From NCBI RefSeq assembly GCF_022045235.1, contig NW_027266286.1:59830001-59894000 (forward strand): 64,000 nucleotides of DNA, written 5' to 3'. Position 1 is the first letter of the stretch. Each line of letters starts with the position of its first letter. This document shows, piece by piece, positions 62,883 through 64,000 of this stretch. The stretch comes from Haliotis cracherodii. Taxonomy: Eukaryota. The translations under genes were made by a program, and so were the position numbers. A model generated the notes under the pieces. That model was given only the letters and a program-made list of their open reading frames with translations. It was not told the DNA's origin and ran no database searches.

Positions 62883-64000
62883 GTTGATGACGCAGCTACT
62901 GTAACACATCAGACAGACTCTGATGACTTACAACTAGCTCGATATGAAAACATGCAAAGTCACCTACAGAGGATTAAGACTGACGTGTTTGAATGTATTT
63001 AAATGTCAGATCTACAGGGGATGCTATGAATGTCACCGGGTTTCACACGGATTAGATGAGGATGTATAACTGCACTTCTGATTTCTAATTAATACAGTCA
63101 TCAAAGTATCCTTTTCAAAGAATTTCTACATACTTATAAAGAATACAATAATATTGAAAGGATCCTGTTAGGAGTGAGTCCTCTCCCTTATCCTCTGCAC
63201 AGAGATTTGTTTTCGTTATACATGATAAATCTGAGCATCTGTGATTTCAGCACTGTTGGTTACACTCAGTGTTTATTTTTGTAGCTTATCTCAGTGTTTA
63301 TTTTTGTGGGTTATCTCTCAGTGTTTATTTTTGTATGTTATCTCAGTGTTTAGTTTTGTAGGTTATCTCTTTGTTTATTTTTGTAGGTTATCTCAGTGTT
63401 TGTTTTTGTAGGTTATCTCTGTGTTTATTTTTGTAGGTTATCTCTCATAGTTTATTTTTGTAGGTTATCTCTGTGTTTATTTTTGTAGGTTATCTCTCAT
63501 AGTTTATTTTTGTAGGTTATCTTTGTGTTTATTTTTGTGGGTTATCTCTCACAAAAATAAACACAAAGATAACCTACAAAAATAAACTCTCTTATTTTTG
63601 TAGGTTATCTCTGTGTTTATTTTTGTAGGTTATCTCAGTGTTTATTTTTGTAGGTTATCTCTTTGTTTATTTTTGTAGGTTATCTCTCAGTTTTTATTTT
63701 TGGGGGTTATCTCTGTGTTTATTTTTGTAGGTTATCTCTGTGTTTATTTTTGTAGGTTATCTCTGTGTTTATTTTTGTGGGTTATCTCTGTGTTTATTTT
63801 TGTGGGTTATCTCTCAGTGTTTATTTTTGTAGGTTATCTCTCAGTGTTTATTTTTGTAGGTTATCTCTGTGTTTATTTTTGTGGGTTATCTCTGTGTTTA
63901 TTTTTGTAGGTTATCTCTGTGTTTCTTTTTGTAGGTTATCCTTCAGTGTTTATTTTTGTGGCTTATCTCTCAGTGTTTACTTTCTGCCCCAGCTGAAGGG
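1460..64000 (+). CDS. VPS13: Multi-exon VPS13A/C-like lipid transfer protein gene (partial, 59 exons, ~2,487 codons in window)
   Basis: Spliced translation shows VPS13 family motifs in the expected order: YRKYHP..RSWWHYA, EEKEKLYDGIGY, SRAGLQYAIEQHK, SPYIVVP..ADFG, FFAT-like VFFSASD, SPTILVP..NLGNLNIKN, YFFNERLSVWEPLVEP, PVTLHNYLPYDL, YSPYWLVNKTELPL, WSQSFSLDTVGSAG, YTWDEP. All introns are GT-AG with matching phases. A versus C paralogue not resolved. Confidence 0.95.
1611..2580 (+). repeat. ~49-bp minisatellite (~20 copies) derived from the 3' end of exon w1
   Basis: Unit ggtgcagacttcaccctggaggagttagaggtcctcctgtcctccagtt matches exon 1531-1569. Confidence 0.95.
2965..3146 (+). CDS. VPS13: VPS13 exon w2
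   Basis: FLNLLTLSESFQLMSINQRYRKYHPNIPLKVSPRSWWHYA..WERIKEHR; AG/GT. Confidence 0.93.
3266..3410 (+). CDS. VPS13: VPS13 exon w3
   Basis: NQYRKYKDLYKRSL..ELEENLDVSNILLAREHSKVE|gtgagt. Confidence 0.92.
3381..3720 (+). repeat. ~43-bp tandem repeat (~8 copies) spanning exon w3 end and donor
   Basis: Unit ctgctggccagagaacatgccaaggtgaaggtgagtgtacaca. Confidence 0.93.
3999..4122 (+). CDS. VPS13: VPS13 exon w4
   Basis: FAREAPERAKHRPKKEKKGWFSSWFGSSED..|gtgagt. Confidence 0.9.
4248..4650. mobile_element. Interspersed repeat with internal inverted repeat (second copy ~32360-32700)
   Basis: Shared tgaaattgcatcacaatgctttgcagaccattgt.. and ttgatatcaaatatatca..tgatatcaaa arms at both loci. Confidence 0.7.
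4733..4830 (+). CDS. VPS13: VPS13 exon w5
   Basis: DWLDKLSNEEKEKLYDGIGYDINANTQTYAPE|gtgagt. Confidence 0.92.
4930..5135 (+). mobile_element. Retroposon family A copy (structured head, (caaa)n tail)
   Basis: gaataggtctttagcaacccatgcttgccgtaacaggcgactaa..atatagctggaatattctgagtgcggc..aacaaac. Confidence 0.85.
5410..5545. mobile_element. 3' fragment of MITE family seen complete at 60454-60825
   Basis: Near-identical to 60705-60825, ending ..acgtcgaatacgg|ta. Confidence 0.8.
5649..5785 (+). CDS. VPS13: VPS13 exon w6
   Basis: YVKHKVQVILKSCCVSLVNYSKKILQVSV..EDRPATGAFR. Confidence 0.9.
6008..6313 (+). repeat. 51-bp tandem repeat, 6 near-identical copies
   Basis: gataaaaaaatcttgtacattcaccactataaaggggagttgaggtagcct. 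Confidence 0.95.
6295..6455 (+). mobile_element. Degenerate tRNA-derived SINE (family B)
   Basis: ggggagttgaggtagcctaatggtt..gggtttgattccctacatg..tggaacattgctaaaatggcgtaaaaccgaactcac; aligns to 15126-15290. Confidence 0.7.
6980..7071 (+). CDS. VPS13: VPS13 exon w7
   Basis: ISSNTESFSIEGASIEHELIPILTSDIGVY; phases fit neighbours. Confidence 0.88.
7225..7555 (+). mobile_element. Helentron/HINE-like non-autonomous element (related copy ~52925-53175)
   Basis: Two copies share tcacgttt..ggagcagaa..atgagagatatcttaactaa.cttggcacatagatagg..ggacatgtcatattggc; class assignment is inference from the gtcc microsatellite and layout. Confidence 0.6.
7605..7717 (+). CDS. VPS13: VPS13 exon w8
   Basis: PSVNQVCTLDFEVKPLYVDADYSLSLNIQPVEIVYDE|gtgaga. 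Confidence 0.92.
7858..8090 (+). mobile_element. Retroposon family A copy (diverged)
   Basis: gaatagg..aggcgac..gacttggttga..gagtgtggcgttaaacaac. Confidence 0.75.
8235..8372 (+). CDS. VPS13: VPS13 exon w9
   Basis: HSISEVTAFFNVP..SRAGLQYAIEQHK; duplicate in-frame acceptor 90 nt upstream. Confidence 0.9.
8779..9000 (+). mobile_element. Retroposon family A copy
   Basis: tgaaaatccgggttggaataggtcttcagcaaccc..cttgtcgtaagaggcgactaatgggatc..atattgctgagtgtgg. Confidence 0.88.
9257..9324 (+). CDS. VPS13: VPS13 exon w10
   Basis: TVHVALNMRSPYIVVPEFGTLHR. Confidence 0.92.
10078..10156 (+). CDS. VPS13: VPS13 exon w11
   Basis: GGNVLIADFGTLRIESELQPKDVSLE|gtaagt. Confidence 0.92.
10720..10807 (+). CDS. 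VPS13: VPS13 exon w12
   Basis: DATMSEIESRLYDQFNITVSDVKVLLADS. Confidence 0.92.
11231..11348 (+). CDS. VPS13: VPS13 exon w13
   Basis: DDWHTAQTQPDSDYHILPSVQVVVAFFNAVRRDYKQLP|gtgagt. Confidence 0.92.
11687..11858 (+). CDS. VPS13: VPS13 exon w14
   Basis: QKLVASLPTMKLNISDKRLLLLMSFFRNFPIP..PAVPL|gtgagt. Confidence 0.9.
11948..13135. repeat. ~24-25-bp minisatellite
   Basis: Unit gtgttgattgactgatcctgggaga. Confidence 0.95.
14540..14755 (-). mobile_element. Retroposon family A copy, minus strand
   Basis: cactcagcaatattcca..gatcccgttagtcgcctcttacgac..gttgctgaagacc. Confidence 0.85.
15126..15290 (+). mobile_element. tRNA-derived SINE family B with 15-bp TSD
   Basis: A box-like gggtagacgagtggtt, B box-like gattcgattccc, (cact)n tail; TSD ctctagtcactcagt at 15111-15125 and 15291-15305. 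Confidence 0.92.
15688..15957 (+). mobile_element. Retroposon family A, best-preserved copy (second degenerate copy follows to ~16145)
   Basis: gacccgtgaagattccggggtcgaataggtcttcagcaaccc..gcggcgttaacaacaaacaaacaaac. Confidence 0.9.
16399..16552 (+). CDS. VPS13: VPS13 exon w15 (disordered loop)
   Basis: DPSETQMEPDVDTLRRMRRSVLGRK..SSRNSA; tag| and |gtgagt; phase 0 to 1 bridges w14 and w16. Confidence 0.82.
16843..17187 (-). mobile_element. tRNA-derived SINE family C (Meta/MESC-domain-like), full length
   Basis: Reverse complement of 23839-24182; tRNA head gaccgcctcc.tggtctagtggtagag..ggtttgatccc; (cacct)n tail; domain name from recollection. Confidence 0.88.
17316..17376 (+). CDS. VPS13: VPS13 exon w16 with FFAT-like motif
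   Basis: EEVFFSASDHSDEDVDEWS; phase 1 to 2. Confidence 0.87.
17640..17928. repeat. ~29-30-bp minisatellite
   Basis: Unit gtaagagtaattgtatgacaggcctggag. Confidence 0.9.
18063..18301 (+). CDS. VPS13: VPS13 exon w17
   Basis: FLHIKPVDDSTFPSNSVNILVRMTLGEFVINLSR..LVDKIHV. Confidence 0.92.
18586..18659 (+). CDS. VPS13: VPS13 exon w18
   Basis: SSGEYMEILGTNSATDLVSIVYRK. Confidence 0.9.
19000..19142 (+). CDS. VPS13: VPS13 exon w19
   Basis: VEASCPDFSDGYGGVEHALLLKLHTMSALCDQASMIYLNAFIQGLIT. Confidence 0.92.
19352..19600 (+). mobile_element. tRNA-derived SINE family D (5' eroded)
   Basis: Homologous to 41518-41791. Confidence 0.82.
19619..19731 (+). CDS. VPS13: VPS13 exon w20
   Basis: VHSMDMKTSTSTVISSSDLNNKDRPSLTERLTSITDE. 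Confidence 0.86.
19900..20153 (+). mobile_element. SINE family C copy with internal deletion
   Basis: gaccgcctccgtgttctagtggtagagc..ttaaacccaatttcacctcacctc; flanked by agctact repeats. Confidence 0.85.
20454..20564 (+). CDS. VPS13: VPS13 exon w21
   Basis: DYLPPRCIKLNMVAKLENLSLRLCDSENSLSHIDIT|gtgagt. Confidence 0.9.
20809..20912 (+). CDS. VPS13: VPS13 exon w22
   Basis: LESHILATTTRTTVRLRLKDMSIQDCSVGAIFPR. Confidence 0.9.
20935..21200. repeat. ~22-bp degenerate minisatellite
   Basis: Unit tatactctatgtgataaatatg. Confidence 0.85.
21389..21427 (+). CDS. VPS13: VPS13 exon w23 (39 nt)
   Basis: ILVIEDDSCFDLK|gtgagt. Confidence 0.87.
21785..21919 (+). CDS. VPS13: VPS13 exon w24
   Basis: FVKYNKNYEG..DYSIRLRVGQLQTVYLSKFYWELI|gtaagt. 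Confidence 0.92.
22565..22642 (+). CDS. VPS13: VPS13 exon w25
   Basis: RFFEPFINPEMTEAARAAAMETVHRQ. Confidence 0.9.
22770..23020. repeat. (CACT)n-rich simple repeat
   Basis: cactcactcactcatccact.. Confidence 0.9.
23041..23261 (+). CDS. VPS13: VPS13 exon w26
   Basis: VRISLNFDLRSPTILVPHDSKSTEMFMLNLGNLNIKNYF..SSVKVNR. Confidence 0.93.
23839..24182 (+). mobile_element. SINE family C, full length with TSD
   Basis: tRNA head, cataccaaaagatgttaaaagatggtac core, (cacct) tail; flanks ctcggtgtgtaatc / ctcggtgtgaaatc. Confidence 0.92.
24247..24394 (+). CDS. VPS13: VPS13 exon w27
   Basis: VQLSLADD..VLEPVSLKADIR..DISGHLEKVK. Confidence 0.9.
26475..26559 (+). CDS. VPS13: VPS13 exon w28
   Basis: VNILAKDLQLVRGILQDNLSEGAPQPTS. 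Confidence 0.88.
26867..27051 (+). CDS. VPS13: VPS13 exon w29
   Basis: IYESPTVQDL..NFLFRFEGVSATLFEQSSPEE|gtgaga. Confidence 0.88.
27484..27635 (+). CDS. VPS13: VPS13 exon w30
   Basis: GSLCNSLCCMDMENINLS..LTSLYIDDTRPDSDLANK. Confidence 0.9.
27663..28780. mobile_element. ~1.1-kb non-autonomous DNA transposon (Tc1/pogo-Tigger type, TA TSD)
   Basis: TIRs tattttcttgagtatagtgcgcac / gtgcgcactatactcaagaaaata, TA on both flanks; colinear with 55621-56737; no transposase ORF. Confidence 0.92.
28935..29026 (+). CDS. VPS13: VPS13 exon w31
   Basis: VLYCARKQQTSDELPLMSLIYKVSSDGNQK; duplicate out-of-frame acceptor 91 nt upstream. Confidence 0.88.
29713..29966 (+). CDS. VPS13: VPS13 exon w32
   Basis: DLMVEKLRLNVSVPY..LKQPEIVLYADPNNYDSRVIVLY. 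Confidence 0.92.
30558..30674 (+). CDS. VPS13: VPS13 exon w33
   Basis: ADVAFEYRTDQEKQVFWSRVSNLQMASCIRTWDSSSKSV. Confidence 0.9.
31011..31172 (+). CDS. VPS13: VPS13 exon w34
   Basis: LLAPCSLEFTQK..VDVTKVNVYLSATVLQLL..PQTQ. Confidence 0.92.
31405..31595 (+). mobile_element. Retroposon family A copy (5' truncated)
   Basis: gactatgcttgtcgtaaaaggtgactaacgg..gctgagtgcggcgtaaaacaaa. Confidence 0.85.
31637..31730 (+). CDS. VPS13: VPS13 exon w35
   Basis: TDSAKPEAETNDVKGLWKVKAVKAQRWLQDR. Confidence 0.9.
32797..32972 (+). CDS. VPS13: VPS13 exon w36
   Basis: ..KEVIKVKVEEINAMFEVENLDQHVPMLSVRTSLEGKVVDRLTK. Confidence 0.9.
33138..33557. mobile_element. hAT-type MITE with 8-bp TSD
   Basis: TIR tagggctggga / tcccagcccta; TSD gttaatac at 33130-33137 and 33558-33565; subterminal acccgggtaccc motifs. 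Confidence 0.92.
34277..34405 (+). CDS. VPS13: VPS13 exon w37
   Basis: FHVEAEFHLEVYFFNERLSVWEPLVEPVCEKEGLYRPWEVLIK (family signature). Confidence 0.95.
34580..34793 (+). CDS. VPS13: VPS13 exon w38 (Ser-rich insert)
   Basis: IIKAKGYPMACTYEDSDLDIP..SSSSETDTDSST..GSDRSY. Confidence 0.82.
36321..36533 (+). CDS. VPS13: VPS13 exon w39 (acidic insert)
   Basis: SLSHHSSIQGESDSEPEG..SSDSSDADISEAEEADDLFDPS..; phase 1 to 1. Confidence 0.82.
36855..36897 (-). ncRNA. Minimal hammerhead ribozyme-like core (Penelope-type remnant)
   Basis: Minus strand cacCTGATGA-agggcaa-gaat-ttgccct-GAAAcatgatc: intact CUGANGA and GAAA boxes around a 7-bp stem II; stems I and III imperfect. Confidence 0.6.
37131..37254. 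mobile_element. 124-bp foldback MITE
   Basis: ~54-bp near-perfect inverted arms, 15-nt loop, TSD gactaat at 37124-37130 and 37255-37261. Confidence 0.9.
38963..39111 (+). CDS. VPS13: VPS13 exon w40
   Basis: VHGFDEPDTVMMEEDDDTPTCVYLMVDSEDRLRLNITPQAISILRDVLQ. Confidence 0.9.
39169..39882 (-). mobile_element. SINE family B (minus) interrupted by a MITE
   Basis: TSD ctatccttga(a/t)ggag at 39154-39168 and 39883-39897; SINE body 39747-39882, tail 39169-39180. Confidence 0.82.
39181..39746. mobile_element. MITE-like element nested in SINE tail
   Basis: Terminal caggactcaaagtt / aactttgaggcctc imperfect inverted repeats. Confidence 0.7.
40117..40188 (+). CDS. VPS13: VPS13 exon w41
   Basis: ALSAPSASDLSSVRTLPAFELDNK. 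Confidence 0.87.
40390..40431 (+). CDS. VPS13: VPS13 exon w42 (42 nt)
   Basis: IGVGCYITLHPDVK; continues the P-F-x-x-x-N-x-x-G pattern from w41. Confidence 0.85.
41280..41460. mobile_element. Inverted-repeat Penelope-type remnant with degenerate hammerhead
   Basis: Arms tgacaaggaa..ggataacaacttcttc / gaagaagttgttatcc..ttccttgtca; minus strand cctaatgaaggggcaagaagtagcccggaat related to 36855-36897. Confidence 0.6.
41480..41990 (+). mobile_element. Retroposon family A copy split by a family D SINE
   Basis: gtctttagcaacctatgcttgtcacaagagg [insert] cgactcatgggatc..acaaacaaacaaac. Confidence 0.85.
41518..41791 (+). mobile_element. tRNA-derived SINE family D with 10-bp TSD
   Basis: ggggcacgggtggcccagtcgtctcaggcgcc..ggttcgaatcc; TSD tcacaagagg at 41508-41517 and 41792-41801. 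Confidence 0.9.
42091..42215 (+). CDS. VPS13: VPS13 exon w43
   Basis: IHKDHIHGCTILRAGENKMINNMDDEDDIEIITDEEIITQH|gtaagt. Confidence 0.82.
42385..45220. repeat. 36-bp minisatellite, ~79 copies
   Basis: Unit ctcacatgttctctctgtccatcacttgctgcctac with a few variant positions. Confidence 0.98.
45391..45532 (+). CDS. VPS13: VPS13 exon w44
   Basis: TPDSHGFVERALADAG..FDDDDDYLSGDLVDKHRLKLQ. Confidence 0.86.
46089..46166 (+). CDS. VPS13: VPS13 exon w45
   Basis: VDGFDPRPSLLHKRACRRLLPLTPTK. Confidence 0.88.
46175..46430 (+). mobile_element. Retroposon family A copy
   Basis: ggggtagaaaaggccttcaccaacccatgcttgcc..gagtgcggcgttaaaccacaaacaaac. Confidence 0.87.
46437..46560 (+). mobile_element. SINE family B copy
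   Basis: ggggcagtggggtagttgtttaag..ggtttgattctccac..gggtacaatgtg..ccgtgatataactggaata. Confidence 0.75.
47221..47241 (+). CDS. VPS13: Candidate 21-nt cassette microexon (SEDMETE), not counted in the 59
   Basis: ccctatattccctccctgcag|TCCGAGGACATGGAGACCGAG|gtgggt; phase 0-0 like its host intron. Confidence 0.5.
47620..47910. repeat. ~34-bp minisatellite
   Basis: Unit gattccagtattgacagagatttggattagtcaa. Confidence 0.92.
49143..49460 (+). repeat. 65-bp tandem repeat (5 copies) spanning the w46 acceptor and exon start
   Basis: gttgaccttgacctttgtgtttccag|aacagcactaggtattgtctcgtgcttgacaac. Confidence 0.93.
49430..49510 (+). CDS. VPS13: VPS13 exon w46
   Basis: NGTRYCVVLDIDMWQGRKVIKLFSPLQ (VAB repeat). 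Confidence 0.9.
49974..50167 (+). CDS. VPS13: VPS13 exon w47
   Basis: VQNSLTMSIDISCK..LAPQEVYYLPLFVAYHCPLFVKPADI. Confidence 0.92.
50991..51155 (-). mobile_element. SINE family B, minus strand
   Basis: Reverse complement of 15126-15290; flanks ttcaacatga / ttaaacatga. Confidence 0.9.
51290..51404 (+). CDS. VPS13: VPS13 exon w48
   Basis: YGLSYNAIWWPELMQAKEKAKYFMCMSQKEEKKSFNFK. Confidence 0.9.
52206..52340 (+). CDS. VPS13: VPS13 exon w49
   Basis: ..YYNISFHSPVTLHNYLPYDLQFSLE (VAB/SHR-BD). Confidence 0.94.
52640..52715 (+). pseudogene. tRNA-like remnant (tRNA pseudogene or SINE head)
   Basis: ggtcatgtggacaaggcatccgacctctgatcaaaaggtccgtggttcgaatcc: A/B-box-like, acceptor stem not intact. Confidence 0.45.
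52825..52914 (+). CDS. VPS13: VPS13 exon w50
   Basis: GTGASSSLTHGESASLYTVDLHNTFRLLIT|gtaagt. Confidence 0.9.
53230..53380 (-). mobile_element. Retroposon family A 3' fragment, minus strand
   Basis: gtttgttgtttatgccac..ccagctatatgacag..accagacaatccagtgattgac. Confidence 0.75.
53703..53921 (+). CDS. VPS13: VPS13 exon w51
   Basis: ITDYLGSDWTG..LDLYIYSPYWLVNKTELPLQLR. Confidence 0.95.
54698..54781 (+). CDS. VPS13: VPS13 exon w52
   Basis: GSMSDAMFECSSSTNPLLFRYKKHKRKK|gtaagt. Confidence 0.9.
54810..56840. repeat. Compound minisatellite (aactgtagcagag-based) interrupted by a MITE
   Basis: Subunits gagtacagatctgtagca / gagtgtaaataactgtagca / gagcatagacaactgtagca. Confidence 0.92.
55621..56737. 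mobile_element. ~1.1-kb Tc1/pogo-type non-autonomous transposon, second copy
   Basis: Perfect TIR ccgtattttcttgagtatagtgcgcac, TA TSD at 55619-55620 and 56738-56739. Confidence 0.95.
56945..57055 (+). CDS. VPS13: VPS13 exon w53
   Basis: AKVRVYDSKWSQSFSLDTVGSAGVVVCHDKERGRKYM. Confidence 0.95.
57056..57860 (+). repeat. G-rich (GGGT/GGTG) repeat containing copies of the w53 donor
   Basis: gggtgggtggctagttg units plus recurring gtacatggtaggtgg. Confidence 0.92.
57969..58121 (+). CDS. VPS13: VPS13 exon w54
   Basis: FMVKSEMSNLKLSKIITILPFFLVINCT..WFDLPVGE. Confidence 0.93.
58323..58493. repeat. Long imperfect inverted repeat (foldback)
   Basis: ggagataaacatactgtgttt..gatttaaccgcgct versus agcgcagttcaatc..agtatgtttatctcc. 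Confidence 0.85.
59277..59402 (+). CDS. VPS13: VPS13 exon w55
   Basis: CQPFWPTTDNYSMYMK..HNTVLRMDQG. Confidence 0.92.
59480..59965 (+). mobile_element. HINE-like element with gtcc microsatellite and ~160-bp internal repeats
   Basis: tgtccgtccgtcc followed by three copies of gacctataacttgaaaac..tggattcttttc; class is inference. Confidence 0.55.
60234..60367 (+). CDS. VPS13: VPS13 exon w56
   Basis: TALCVEVSGGTDSPITVVFTNYCHGDCPVRVENLCEDVFIKIHQ. Confidence 0.92.
60454..60825. mobile_element. ~370-bp MITE (Tc1/pogo-type TIRs)
   Basis: ctgtattcgacgtaaaaggcgc / gcgcctattatgtcgaatacag|ta. Confidence 0.82.
60975..61360. repeat. 14-bp minisatellite
   Basis: Unit aatgtagtgccaat. Confidence 0.93.
61702..61837 (+). 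CDS. VPS13: VPS13 exon w57
   Basis: NQSQVTLLSSSQSVLYTWDEPMAERTLMWNV..YINK. Confidence 0.94.
62740..62842 (+). CDS. VPS13: VPS13 exon w58
   Basis: DGCGEVRLRVQSLRNATGSMDVTDAIDSMESSPD|gtgaga (phase 1). Confidence 0.82.
62847..62880. repeat. (GAT)11 microsatellite just after the w58 donor
   Basis: gatgatgat.. seen directly. Confidence 0.95.
63262..63975. repeat. ~26-28-bp minisatellite with an internal inverted block
   Basis: Unit gtttatttttgtaggttatctctgt; 63551-63588 is reverse-complemented. Confidence 0.93.
63993..64000 (+). CDS. VPS13: VPS13 exon w59 (start only)
   Basis: ttactttctgccccag|ctgaaggg; phase-1 compatible; only 8 nt visible. Confidence 0.55.

Noticed and set aside
1611-63975. 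Regular short repeat arrays as possible CRISPR arrays
   Set aside because: Head-to-tail units with no unique spacers, eukaryotic intronic context, no cas genes.

Overview
Eukaryotic (animal, probably molluscan; this is inferred only from repeat content) genomic DNA. The whole window lies inside one large + strand gene for a VPS13A/C-type bridge-like lipid transfer protein. I traced 59 GT-AG exons by hand (1460 to the window end; 7,463 coding nt, about 2,487 codons, phases consistent throughout). They run from the N-terminal region through the beta-groove repeats, an FFAT-like loop and the WEPLxEP motif into the VAB (SHR-BD) repeats; start and stop codons lie outside the window. Introns hold tRNA-derived SINEs, a structured-head retroposon family, MITEs (TA-TSD Tc1/pogo-type, 8-bp-TSD hAT-type, foldbacks), Penelope-type hammerhead remnants and many minisatellites. 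The most unusual pattern is that at least seven intronic tandem duplications copy the adjacent exon end and/or its splice site, creating arrays of decoy donors and acceptors. Nearly all long ORFs in the supplied track (e.g. 973 aa at 42402) are minisatellite artefacts.
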